From positions 51,002 to 115,001 of the forward strand of contig JAUCBJ010009125.1 of the NCBI GenBank assembly GCA_032718475.1: a DNA stretch of 64,000 nt. The letters are read 5' to 3'. Source of the DNA: Nemertoderma westbladi. Lineage: Eukaryota > Animalia > Xenacoelomorpha. Shown piece after piece: positions 24,336 through 45,580 of the stretch; position 1 is the stretch's first letter, and every line of letters begins with the position of its first letter. The notes under the pieces are model-generated. The model was not told the origin of the DNA. It was given only the letters and a program-made list of their open reading frames with translations, and ran no database searches. Made by a program: the position numbers and the translations under genes.

Positions 24336-25699
24336 AAATTATTTAGAGTTGATTCTTGGTAGCGATCTAAAAGTAAACTGTACAGTACCTACTGAACTAA
24401 ATAAACTATAGAATCGGATGAGAATAGGAATGAGATGAGATGAGAATGGGGAGATAGCGGAGTGAGATGAAGGTCCAATGAGAATGTGGAGATAGCAGAT
24501 CAGGATTGGACATGATCTTTAGAGACAGCGGGTTGCTATTACTTGTTTCGTTCTTGCAAAACAAATTTTAAAGTTAATAAATAAATAGAAGTGTTTTTTA
24601 AACTTCTAATGTGATGTAGACATATTGAGGCTTCTTTCAAGCTATGTTTTATATAGACTTAAGATCTGCAATTTTATACCTTTAAAATTACGGCTCGGGG
24701 TTTTTTTTGTACCTGACGTTTTCGATGCTTCTCATTTGGAATTTGCAACTCATTTTGTTTTTTGCGGATTGGACCTAGAAGTTTTCCCACATTCATGTCA
24801 CTTTCCGCATGTAACTTTTTGTGCATAACATTTTTTATCGATACCGGTATTTTAGTTTGGTAATAAAGACCCACCACCCTCTCCCCCTTCAGTTAGTACT
24901 ATATCAAAAAGTTGCCGAATATTATAAAAGCTACAGCTGACATTTTCGAGTATTGTTTACAAATATAAATATAATAGAAATAATTTACTGCACAGTGCAC
25001 AAACTTATCTAATAAAAATACTACTATAATACAGAGATATGCAACAATAATTATTTAAATATATGCAACAATAATTGTTTAAGTATGGTGACAAAAAGTA
25101 TCACGCAAAATTTTAAGGATAGTGTACAATTAAACACTTTCTCTCAGATATACAGTATATACTTAAATTATTGTTTTTATTCGAAGAAACTTTTATTGTA
25201 AATAATTGAATTTATTGTATTGCATTGGTGCTGAATGCCTTTAGCTGTACAGATGTAGGCCTAAACCTTGTGAGGTCAAGGGAATAAAAGTGACGAAATA
25301 ATACACGTTCGTGGGGACTTCGCGCAGCACGAGGCCTAGTTATTATATACAAATTAAAATGCAGCGACTGTATCACAAAATCAGGTTTTGAGAAATTTAC
25401 CCACACCACCAATCAATCAAAGAAAGGTGGACAGTACGTGTTCACCCCTTTTAATCTCCCCCCCCCCCCCCCCCCCCACCCTTCCCAACCACCAATACAT
25501 AACCGCGACATCTACCACCCACGGAAGGGTAGCACGAACTTATTTCCAATCGCACGTTAAATATGCAAAGCCAGGTGGTTTATAGGAATATAATAAACGC
25601 AGTACTCGTTTTCATTATAAGCCTCTTTGCGTTCGTCCTGTTTTGTATTTAAATATATTTCTTAAACGCATGCTAGGACGATCTTTATAATAATAATAA

Positions 25700-26850
25700 C
25701 TAGGGATGCGATCAATATGTGAAGCCAGGTGGTTTATATAATAATTTAGTCAACGCAGTACTCGTCTTCATTATATGCCTCGTTGCGCTCGTCGCTTGTC
25801 CTGTTTTGTCATAAAATATTTTTCCTAAACGCAGACTGACGATCTTTATACAGTTATAACTATGCGAAGTTTCGAAACTGTGCGAGTAACTGTTGATACA
25901 TCTATGTGGAGATGTGTGATACAACGCCAACGCATCGTATGCTGATGTAGTAATATGGGTATTGAAATAATATTAAATCAATGTACACTCTTAAAGCTGC
26001 AGCGAAAAAATGTAGCTAATTTCCTAGGTTACATATAAAATAATAATATTATTTTTTAAGAACATTAATTTTACTACTTTGCAAAAATTCAATTAAAAAA
26101 TAACCAGACATATACATTGTGGAATAAACTATTTCAGAAGCCTACAACAGCCATGCCATGGATTGTATTTATGTTATTATATCTGTCATTTAACTGAGAT
26201 AGCAATAGTAGTAATAGTCGAACGGTTATGCAGCCCGTCCAGCCTATAATAAACACAATTCAGTGATTGGGCTGGAATAGCAATACTGGTAGCCTCTATT
26301 ACAATTCCTCTCAGGTTATTCTACAGCCACAACTCCCAGCAGCTAGCTCCACACCAGCAGAGACTTGACCAATAATGGGAAGGATTAAATTTGTACTCAA
26401 TAATTGTGCGGTTTAATTACGTTTAGATCAATTAAAGACACATTTATTAAAGCAAATCACTTAAACTAATTAAAAACTATAATAGAATGGCGTATGGGGA
26501 TTATATCTGTATAATTTTTAAGTATAATTATTTAAATCTTATACTGTAAAACAATTAATTTCCTTTAAAAGGCAGGTTGAAAATGGCGTTTTCACCGTAA
26601 TCAACTTAATTAACTAATTAACTGCTATTATCTTAGCTTCTCGAAGGCCACACGGAAATTCTACTTGGAAAATTTCTAAACTTTTGCCAAACAACATGTG
26701 TACCAAGTTTGGATAGATTTCATCAAAGATTGGCCGAGTTATTAACGTTTAAAATTGAACACGACAGAACGACAGGTTGATTAATGGTACCACTACGCTA
26801 AGGCTCACTCACTTCGTGGCTCGCCCCATCACTTCGTGGCTCGCCCCACA
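25700..26850 (+). mobile_element. Dispersed repeat family, copy 1
   Basis: Long homology to ~51545-52652 and partially ~35040-35472; ends gctcactcacttcgtggctcgcccca. Adjacent 25300-25590 matches 1-340 inverted. Confidence 0.75.
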
Positions 26851-27571
26851 CAGTATTATGTCCTGGAATATAATACATAGAATATAGTCTACGGCGATAT
26901 CTTACCAGTTACACCCCAGTTATTCTTCATCGAATCTTAGTGGTTTGTTGGTACTGATGGAAAGCTGACCATGCGTGGATTCCAAATGTGTAACTTAATA
27001 TCTCAGCTAATCGTTGATAAATAGCTGTTCGATGGCCCAGAGGCCACCGTTACAGCATTGCGTAGCTATTCATACATAATTAAATGTTCCAGAATTATTC
27101 TTGTTGCAGTGTTTGGGGTAGGCATTAGGGGATAGACCAGGAAATATACTGAGTGCCATGAGGACATCACCAGAGACTGATGTGGTGTAACTGGTGCAAC
27201 ATCGACGGAGACACTTTTTTAAACGCTTGAGGCTAAAGGTTGTAAGCGAAAATAAAAATTCTACTCACCCAATACGGAGGGGGGGAGGTGAAACTATCTT
27301 TAAATGTCCTGCAATATCATACAGATTAGTAGATTACTCCGCTGGTACAACAGAGTGTAAAATGTTTCAAATACTAAAAAAATTACTTATTTCATCGCAA
27401 GCAATAATTATAGAAACCATAATTATAGTGATGGACTATAAGACTTGAGGGATGTCAATACTACTTAACCGGCATTTAGAAACTCAGCAAAATCACATTA
27501 GTATTAAAATGTGTGCAATTCAACGCATATGTGATGGTACTACACTAGCACACAATTACAATAATCACCTA

Positions 27572-35689
<8,118 letters not shown>

Positions 35690-36999
35690 TCAATAGTAGT
35701 TTATGAATCAACTCTTCTATCTCTGTATCTTGTTCTAGGCAGCTAGGCCCCAGGCCTGTTATATCATAAACTGATAACCAGATAACAACAGCGTAGGCGT
35801 ATTGTGTTTAATGTACATACCAGCATCAGCATGCTCCGATCCTGATCCTGGATACCGCAGTACCGCGATACCGGCTGCCGGCTGTCCGGTACTACAGTAC
35901 TACTACTGTCTGACTGTGTACTGTACTACTACACAGCACTACAGACATTGGACATCCCGCTTTAACGCTGTCGCAGTATGCAGTACAGCAGTAGGCAGTA
36001 GGCCAACTGTGTTTCACAGGGAAAACAGTCAGGTAAAAGGACAGGCCCTACATAATATTCGGTTTCTGGTGTCAGTTCCCTCCGCGGTCAGCCAGTCTGC
36101 AGTCAGGGATTTTACTATTATGCTGATATGAAACTCAGAAACTCGCTGGTGGTTACAGTACCGGTACTGGCGGCTTCAACCCTAACTAGATTAGAACTGT
36201 CATGTAACCGGTATGGCTGTAGGCCTATGTATGGTACGGTAACGGTATCTAACCCTAACCCTAAGTCATAATCTAAGAAATTTTGCGGATTTCAGACATT
36301 ATTGCTATGTAATGTGGGATGGTTATGACTTACCGGTCAGCGGGTATAGCGGCATGGTTTACACAGTTACATGACGGTTTTAATTATGGTTGGGACCTGA
36401 CCAACTATAGCACTAACCAAACCAAAATAATAAACCAAATACGCATACCCCACAAGTCCCGGTACTGTAGGCGTTTTAAATGAAACAATGTATATTATAT
36501 TATCACATCTACTGTATCTATCAATATTCGGTTGCAGCTGCATTACGAACGCTAATCGACAAAATTGCAACTCCCTGCTTTTACACATGACTTTCTCAAG
36601 ATCGTCTCGAAGGCCAGTGTCCTTTTGTGAGTAATATCCATGTATTTAAGGTTGCGGATTGACGTCAAGAGCGGCGTGAGCAAATTATTATTATGTTGAG
36701 CCTCCAGGCAGCCAGGGGGCTGGAGGTAAGGTTAAGGTTGAACTGAGGTGAGTGTCTTTTTAAATGTCATTTTAAAATATCATTTAAAAAAAATAATTTA
36801 TGTCCTACGCGCATTTCGCTGGTTGCGGGTGTCTTCGGCGGATTTAATATTTAAATAAAATTCAAAGAAAATTTACAAAGAAAACGACAATGGGCAGAAC
36901 CCGTAATTATAGTTAAAGTACAGTAGTATTAATTATTAATTTATTATAGTATATGTGAAATATATAGAAAACCAAAATGAAGAAAATAAGAAGGTTGGT

Positions 37000-37480
37000 A
37001 ATAACAGGCAAGGCTACTAATTTGTACGTTTCGGCCTTTTTCTTTTCAATGTTTGGTAAAGCACAAAAATGGTTGAAATATGAAACCCAAATACTTGTAC
37101 TGGTTTTCAATATTGATTTCTTCTCCATTTATATTTAAACTTGTCTTTCTTTTTCAAAGTCAATGTTCACTTACGTAAACTTGACTATTTTCGTTTTCGT
37201 GAGGTTTACTAACATTCCATTTTCGTGGCACCACTTTGATATATGTAGCAAGTCCCCCTTGGATATCTTCAGCATTTTTTTTAGAAGAACTACAGACTAC
37301 ATATATCATCAGCTAAAAAGATAAATAGCAGCGTCGATACTGCCTGATGTAAGGTAGTTGCCAGATCGGCTAATATAAAGAGCGTTGGTGACAAACAGTC
37401 CCCTTGGAGAATTCCTTTGAGATGATATATTAATTTGGAAAAGAGTAGACCGTTGAAAACACGCACTTAATTTTTTTGTA
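37000..37480 (-). mobile_element. Degenerate non-LTR reverse transcriptase fragment
   Basis: Minus strand KGILQG.DCLSPTLFIL and FLADD motifs with frameshifts. Confidence 0.6.
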
Positions 37481-37797
37481 TAACGTTAAGTTATATCATT
37501 TTCGTTTTAACCTAAGTTATAAATTTTGTAAAGTAACATAATTTTATTCTATAAATCTATTAACTGGAGCTCATATTATTGCGGTGTACTACAGGGGAAG
37601 GGTACAGGCTTGGGCCATCTGCCTTTCTTATGCTACATGAATGATACGTTCGTGGGGCCCTCGTACAGCATGTCATGGATGCATGATGTATGGGCGTATG
37701 TTAGCAGTTGGGATAGAAATTAATTTTGAGCGATTAACAAAAGTTGAATTTAACTGGTTTTTATTAATACATGTTACAAGATTATGCAGGTTAGTAC

Positions 37798-38055
37798 TTT
37801 ATTGTTTATTGTTTTGGTTCCCCCAACACGCCTTGGTAACCTGCTCCTTTACTAACCTGCTCCTTGAAATACCAATGGGACCTACCGTTTTTTTGGGACC
37901 TAACGCTCTTTGGGACCTAACACAACTTTAGCTCTTTGTTTTGTATACAGGCCCCAAAGAGCTTTAGGTCACATAGCCATTTAAAGGAGCAGGTTATTAG
38001 TAAAGGAGAAAGTTACAAAGGCGTGTTGGGGGGAACCAAAACAAATAAACGAAAG
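37798..38055. mobile_element. Foldback MITE
   Basis: gttttggttcccccaacacgcctt..cctgctcctt inverted at 37985-38045. Confidence 0.7.
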
Positions 38056-38363
38056 CTAACAGATGTTACATTATGCAGGTTACTTAATTGGGTCTGAGTC
38101 TTTGTTTTGTACTCACCCAACTGTAAGGTTATCATTGAGAAACCGATTCTTTATCTTCCTGTAAATAAACGAAGCGTATCATCAGTTTACCTCCTGAAAT
38201 CAAAACAATTAAGAAATAAATGTATGTTACATTCGGGCTTAGTAATTTGTAGATCGAATGTAACATAGTTATAGGATCCAATGTAACATAATTGAAGTTA
38301 CGTTCGATACGTAATAACTATGTTAAATTCGATCCTGATTACGTTCGGTCTGTCACCCACCCG

Positions 38364-38947
38364 TACCGACTCATTCACCAACCCGCCCGGCCGAACGGCT
38401 ACCCATTCAAGCCTACCTGTACCAGGGTACCGGTACCGACTTCTGTCTGAAGGTACCGGGCTGCCTGTATATTATTATCATTATGCAGAGGCAGACTCCA
38501 ACTTAACGCATAAATTATCGAACGATCCCACACACTACGACATTCATTCTCGGTCAGTCGGTGGGGTTGACGTTTACAACTCCAACCGTGTTCATTAGAA
38601 TGAACTTTGTGAGTTCCTTCGATTCCCAACTCGGATCGCCTCACATAATCGTGAAGTTGCGGACAATACCTAGATCGCATGGGCGTCCGAACATTCCGCC
38701 CAATGTTAAATTGTGTTCTAAACAAGATATTACAGCGGTGCAACCAGCAACATGTTCCGACAACTCTCTGTCGCTCAGATCAAAAATATTGCCTGTAGTT
38801 AGGGTGAGATTTTCGTTGCCTTTGACCGCCGTTTCCGGTAGACTATCGGGCGGACGCACGATCGTTCGCACCTTAAACCCCCGACCCAGCAGTTGTTCAA
38901 CCACTAGTCGCCCAGTGGGAGTGGCCCCGGGTGACTATCCAACCGTA
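38364..38947 (-). pseudogene. Inverted, frameshifted partial copy of the neighbouring Rossmann-fold gene
   Basis: Aligns to 39294-39918; start codon and first half of the Gly-rich loop deleted, frameshifts, 3' end missing. Confidence 0.9.
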
Positions 38948-39346
38948 TCAGTAGTACTATTGCAAGACCTATTTTGCGATAGCCGTACCGGTACTAAATT
39001 AGATTAGATGTACTAAAAAAATAGTTCAACAATCAGCTGATTCAGGTGAGGGTAGTTGTATCCGGTTGCCAAGAGATATGTTATTAATAAACAAAAACAG
39101 CTGTTAGAATTAAATGTTGTTACAGAACAGGCTGCAGTAAGCAAGCAGTATGTGTGAATTCGGTTTGATTGTTATCTGCTTTATATTTACCGTTTAGGGC
39201 CTGCGTATGTTCTCATGCTACTCTTTAGCAACTGATACGGTTTTACAGTTCATACATATATTTATATTACCAGTATTATCAGTTCCTTCATACTACGGTT
39301 GGATGGTCATTAATGTTTCTGCACAGAACGTTTAACAAATAAGAGA

Positions 39347-40096
39347 ATGCCCGGGGTTGCTTTAATTGTGGGTGCGACCGGGGCCACTGGACGACAAGTG
39401 GTTGAACAACTGCTGGGTCGGGGGTTTAAGGTGCGAGCGATCGTGCGTTCGCCCGATAGTCTACCGGAAACGGTCAAAGCCAACGAAAATCTCACCCTAA
39501 CGACGGCCAATACATTGGATTTGAGCGACAGAGAGTTGTCGGAACATGTTGCTGGATGCACAGCTGTAATATCTTGTTTAGGGCACAGAGGAACATTCAA
39601 CGGTTTGTTCGGACGCCCACGCGATCTCGTGTTGACTGCAACTTCACGATTATGCGAGGCGATCCGAGTTGGTGAATCGAAGGAACGCACAAAGTTCATT
39701 CTAATGAACACGGTTTTAGTTGAAAACGTTAACCCAAACGAGAATGAACGTCGTAGTGTGTGGGATCGTTCGATTATTTATGCGTTAAGTTGGATTCTGC
39801 CTCCGCATAATGATAACATACAGGCAGCCCAGTACCTTCAGACAGGAGTAGGCATCGGTCCCGATAGGCCTGAATGGGTGGCCGTTCGGCCTGGCGGGTT
39901 GGTGAATGAGTCGGTATCGGAATACAGTCTACATCCATCGCCGATAACAAATTCGATATTTACCGCAGGAAAAGTTTCCCGGGCCAACGTGGCCCACTTC
40001 ATGTGCGAGTTGGTAGAGAATAGGGATGTATGGGATAAGTGGAAGGGCAGAATGCCGGTGATACTGAACGCTAAACAAGGAAATACTAAAAACTAG
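39347..40096 (+). CDS. NAD(P)-binding Rossmann-fold oxidoreductase (atypical SDR / flavin-reductase-like), intronless
   Basis: 249-aa intact ORF, VGATGATG nucleotide-binding loop, AVISCLG, WVAVRPGGL, VSRANVAHFM. Confidence 0.88.
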   Translation: MPGVALIVGATGATGRQVVEQLLGRGFKVRAIVRSPDSLPETVKANENLTLTTANTLDLSDRELSEHVAGCTAVISCLGHRGTFNGLFGRPRDLVLTATSRLCEAIRVGESKERTKFILMNTVLVENVNPNENERRSVWDRSIIYALSWILPPHNDNIQAAQYLQTGVGIGPDRPEWVAVRPGGLVNESVSEYSLHPSPITNSIFTAGKVSRANVAHFMCELVENRDVWDKWKGRMPVILNAKQGNTKN

Positions 40097-40242
40097 GTTA
40101 CTAGGTTTAATAATATTGTTTCACTTTACAATTTATATGATAGGCCTATCTTATTCATTAAATTGTTGTATATAAATACTACCATACCTACGGAGCCCCT
40201 CCTAAACTAAAGGGACGTTTGGAAACAATATTTTTTTTATAA

Positions 40243-40830
40243 GTTGTGCGCACAACTTAGTTTCTTCTGCGACCAACTTAGTATCTTGAGCTCACAACTT
40301 AATATCTTGAGCTCACAACTTAGTATCTTGTGCGCACAACTTAGTATCTTGTGCCCACATCTTTAGTATCTTGTGCGCACAACTTGTATCTTGTGTGCAC
40401 ATCTTAGTATCTTGTACGCACATCGCACATCTTAGTATCTTGTACGCACAGGCGCAACTTAGTATCTTCTGCGCACAACTTAGAATCTTGTGCGCACATC
40501 TTAGTATCTTGTACGCACATCTTAGTATCTTGTACGCACAGGCGCAACTTAGTATCTTCTGCGCACAACTTAGAATCTTGTGCGCACATCTTAGTATCTT
40601 GTGCGCACATCTTAGTATCTTGTGCGCACAACTTAGTATCTTGTGCGCACATCTTAGTATCTTGTACGCACATCTTAGTATCTTGTACGCACAGGCGCAA
40701 CTTAGTATCTTGTGCGCTCAACTTAGAATCCTGTGCGCACAACTTAGTATCTTGTGCGCATATCTTAGTATCTTGTGCGCACAACTTAGTATCTTGTGCG
40801 CACAACTTCGTATCTTGTGCGCACAACTTA
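40243..40830. repeat. 21-bp minisatellite
   Basis: Unit cttagtatcttgtgcgcacaa with indel variants. Confidence 0.95.
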
Positions 40831-40859
40831 TTAACTACTTATAACTGTGGGGTGGGGGA

Positions 40860-43800
40860 CTGTGATCCAGCAGGGACTATGTGGATAAAATACTCTCAAA
40901 TTGTGATGTCCTTGCCCTTTCTCCTTACCTCACCAGTAATAAAGTGTCTGATGGTTGCTCTCGTGTAGGAAGGGGCCAAGGTGGGGTAGCACTTATTTAC
41001 AAGGATAGTAAGTTTACTAACGTAACAGAGGTTCAATCAGAAGATGATATAGTTGGAATCAAAGCATATCATAAATCAACCCATAATAGTCGTGTCATCT
41101 TATCTGTTTATGCGCCTGATAGGAGTAAAGGATAAGGAGCTCTACATTGATCTTCTGGGACGTCTCCAAGCTATTATAGCTGAACATAAAGTGGCAATAT
41201 AATACCCATCATTATCTGTGATGTTCCATTGACAACCTTCAGGGCCCACGTTTCCTTCATAGGAATGCAACTCCACGGGGGAAGCTCTTCCATAACTTTA
41301 TGTTAAACCTCAATCTTGAAGCTGTAAGTACTCACACTATGTTCCAAGGACCAATGCCACTTATTATGGTCCAGGAGGAATTTCATCATGCATTGATTTC
41401 ATTATTACATCAACTTTTAACAAACATATTGTAAAGCAAGGGACAGTCTTCAATATGGATGAGGTTTTCTCCGACCACGTACCAGTGCGAGCTCTACTTT
41501 CATTCCCACCTCTTAGTAACCATGGAGTCGGATCGACTCAGAATGTGCCATCTAGGCGCTTGTACGCTTCAACTGGAATTACGTCAGTAAGCAGAATTTA
41601 CAGTCATATCAGACATATGTAACATATGAATTAACAATTCTATCAGATCAACATAGAAGTGGATTTATGATTGAAGATAGTCTGAACAATTACATGGAAA
41701 GGGTACAGAAGATAATTTTTGATTCTGCATGTAGGAACATTCCTAAAATTCATCTAAAGAAATATACTAAGAAAATCAGGATAAAGAATAAACATCTACA
41801 GGGACGAAGTGTTACCACCAAGGTGCTGTACAACACTTGGCGTCAACGGGGTAAGGGCGAAAATGATGCTTATGGAACTGCATTTAAAGAATCCAAGGGG
41901 TCAGTCCTCCGTCTAAGAAATTTTATATTAAAACAGTAACAGATTGTAACCCAGAAAACACAACGTATACATCCAGTAAAAAATGGAAGATAATTTTGGT
42001 AACACTTCCCCAAGAGAAGCCATCAGACAGACATCAGCCATAATGCCCAACACTTTATTCGCAATGAATTTAAATTAAGATTCCAACAACGCAATGAATC
42101 AGTGGAGATCAACGAATTGGAGGAGAAACTTAGAATCTCTAGTAATAAGTCGGAACATACCTAAGTATAGCTTTGGGAAGGAAGCCATCAAGCGGGCGAT
42201 AAGACTACTCCCTATGGGGAAACCAGCGGATTATTATTCTCTGGTTCCGAAACATTTATTACTTCTTGATCCTGGCATACTAGCAGAACAACTGGAATTT
42301 ATTTTGAATTCATCTTTGTCATTGGGAATTGTACCGATACCGAACATCTTTGGTCGGACAGTCATCAACTGCATCTACAAGGAAGGCAACCGTAGTAAAC
42401 TACTCAGTAATTCGTATCGCCCAGTATCGAGTGTTAGTATCTTTGCTAAGATTTTTGAGGCGCTTATAATGAGTGATCTTATGTGTAATAAAAGTATATT
42501 CCCTGCAGATAGTAGTCAGTTAGCATATAAAAAACAAATAAGCAGAGACGGTTGTTGCAGCAGTCTTGGAAACAATGGAATACTGTACAAGGCGAGGTTC
42601 CCCTGTTTATATATGTAAGATTGTTCGCGCTTTTAGACCTTTAGCAGTTTAACCTGCCAAATTTAGGTGTCTTCTAGGTTATAAATCGACTTTAGCCTAT
42701 GACAAGTATTTGATACACTACATTAGCCGAAGCCAGCCTATGCACGACCATTCACCCACTGGATTTACCCGGGAGACTGGATTCGGATGCTCTGACCTTA
42801 TTGCGGTGTAGGCCTACTGTATTATTCGATTGATCGTTAATATATAATCTCTGACAAATATTATTCACTTTCGGGAAATATTAACAGTTCCTTTAGGACG
42901 TGGCGCTTTAAGTATGTAAACAGAGTTATGACTTACACTAAACACAACGGGATGGCTAATGATTCACGTATAAAGCGCATTCTTTAGGAGATGCTTTGTT
43001 ATCTATCACACTCATGCACACTACCGCACAATGCTGCACACCGATCTGCCGACCTTCACTAATTTTAATCATATATAAGGAGAACGGCAACCGACACATG
43101 TAGTGCCTATGAAATAGCATTAGATTCACTCCAAAACCAATATAATGTAAGTCGCAATTGCTATATGTAACCAGTCTCTTACCTTCAGTATATCAAGAAG
43201 ATTGGGGTTTTATGATTATTTATCGATATTATCCAAATATAACAATATTCCATCAACTGATATAATTAATAACCGACAGTAAATAGCAGTAAAATAATGC
43301 GGTGTTTGTATGTGACCAGGTTTGTTATGAGTTCGTTAGATAGATATAATAACAGTTATACGTTTCTATGATCAAAGCCGTTCTAATGTTTGGCTAAAGT
43401 CTGAAACACAGAATAATTCCACAGCCGGTGTTCTAGGCTTAGGGAAAAAAACACACTGACTGAATTGCGTGAGTTTCTATATGCACTGTCCAACACAAAG
43501 AAAATCGCTCTGATTGGCTGAATTGGCTGAGCCGAACAAAGAACCAAAGCTCCTTGCAAAAAGCTCCACGTGGATACAGCTGATAGATGTCGTCATCTGA
43601 GTTCCGATGTTTAGAGTATTTGAGCTTATTGCGGAGAAAATGGCTTTTTATGTCCGCTAAAGCACACATGCAGACATAGCGGGCAAAATCGCTTGTTATG
43701 TCCGCTAAAATACCTACTCGGTATATTGCGGAGAAAAATAGCTTGTTACATCCGCAAAAGCTTTTACAAAGATTGATCTTGGTGCTGCATTTGAGAGTGT

Positions 43801-44731
43801 TAGTCACCTAACCTTATATCGAAACCTTGAAAACCATATCCATCCCAATGTTCTATTATTAATTATAAGTTATTACAGTCGATGAATTTTCCATTGTAAA
43901 TTTGGCCCCCTTGTTGATTGTTTTGGTTTCAATGTCTTTAATGGGCTGAAACAAGGCTCCCTAACGTCTCCAACTTTTTTCAACCTGGTAACATCACCTA
44001 TGATGAAGTATCTGGAAAGTAGTGGTAATGGGTGTTCTATTGCTGGGCAATGGCTGGGTGCGATTAACTATGCGGATGACTACTTAATTATGTGCTCATC
44101 TCCTAACGATGTTCAAACCTTATGTAATATGTTGAGCTACAAATCAAGGGAACTTTCCTTAGAGATTGAAACATCAAAGACATGTTGGCTTGTCCGTAAT
44201 CCGCCAGGGTGTGTTAGTTGTGCACCCATGTATCTAAATATACTGGGCCAATGCTTGCAAAGGAAGAGTGAGTTTATGTTTCTAGGAGTGAAAATTTTTC
44301 GAAATGTTCGAGATGTCTATCAAGATGTTCGAAGAGATTTAATTTTTACTTCTAACATGTTTTATAGCAAGTCCTGGCCAACTCGGTGGTATCCAATAAA
44401 AACTACAGTATATCAACTCTATGGAGGGCAATTGTTCAATCTCCGATTTTCTATGAGATCTCTGAGTGCCTCTGACATGGAATCTCTTGACTCTCTCCAT
44501 CGACAGTCTCTTCGGAATTTACTTTGCGTTGGACGATACACTAGTAATGCAACGATATATGAACTTATGGGATTGAAAATAATGTCAAGGGCTGATTGTA
44601 AATCTTTCCTGATTCTTGAATATATATCAGGATTTGTATTGGGGATTATGTTACTGAATCGATCAAACAAATGGTCTGAGTTATCCAGGGTGATAATATT
44701 GTCCCCACTGCTCTTTAGTCTGTTTAGGTAG
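40860..44731 (+). mobile_element. Decayed LINE ORF2 (AP endonuclease + RT), interrupted by an insertion
   Basis: GGVALIYK, SVYAP, SCIDFII, SDHVPV (APE); SYRPVS, KIDLGAAFESV, GLKQGSLTSPTFFN, YADD (RT); many stops and frameshifts. Confidence 0.85.
42622..43768. mobile_element. TGT..ACA element with 5-bp TSD (solo LTR or Ginger-like)
   Basis: AAGAT at 42617-42621 and 43769-43773; removing it restores RT reading C-K-I-D-L. Confidence 0.75.
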
Positions 44732-45169
44732 TCTGCTTTATAGGCTGGCCTATCTGTCATGGTTTTGCTCTATGCCGACGACTGGTGATCTATGGATTCT
44801 GAACAGCAAGCCCTGGGTCGCCTAGCAATAAATTCCGAGGACAACCACTTAACCATGAACCTGCATAAAGCAAAGACGGTGAAATTCCGCAGAGGTGGAC
44901 GATTATCCAAAGTCGATAAATATACGATTTGTCAACAGTTACAACTTCCTTGGGATTGTCTTATCTACAAAATGCTTCGGCCACAATGATAATCTTTATG
45001 AGGCATCACAATCCTGCATGCGACTTATCCTCCGTACAGTAGTTGATCTAAAACCTACTACTGCTATAATCGGCCTGCTGCATTCAAACTGCACATTGAG
45101 ATGCTATGTCAGCTTAACAAAAACATGTTGTCACCATCATGCAAATTACAATTGGCAGGCCCAATGCAG

Positions 45170-45580
45170 CGGCCATTAAGAATGCTATGTCGGTTTATCA
45201 ACAAAGTTGCACCGGGGCCACAACTCTCTATGCACCATGACTTTCGCGAGATTACCCGCATCTTCAAGGCCAGTCTCCGGCCAGTCAAGGCGTCTTACGA
45301 AAGTCATGGGCTGTCCACCATACGTATTCACTCCATGAGGCTGCCAAAGCACAAGATTGTGCACTGGCTGGTCCTCACGGCGAAAGCAATGTCCTGTAAA
45401 GTGGAGGCAGCTTTGTTATGCTGTAGTAGTGTCAAGCTTGGGGGAACCAATGAGAAACCTCCAATGTTATATAGTGTCTGGTTGGAGATGTGTGCATTGT
45501 TGTAATTGACACAGTGAACCCGACGTAGCATTCTTGTGAATGTGCCATCCAGAGATTTGGTGTCCTTAGCAGTTAGAGTG
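45170..45580 (-). mobile_element. RTE-like LINE 3' fragment
   Basis: Minus strand LDGTFTRMLRRV..HISNQTLY. Confidence 0.65.

Larger units (their letters stand above)
21142..25339 (+). mobile_element. Non-autonomous Helitron-like element with internal repeats
   Basis: Starts A|TCTATATATATA, followed by microsatellite; candidate end cttcgcgcagcacgaggcCTAG|T. Pairing of the two ends is inferred. Confidence 0.55.

Noticed and set aside
40371-40844. CAQLSIL repeat ORFs on both strands
   Set aside because: 21-bp minisatellite; no coding evidence.
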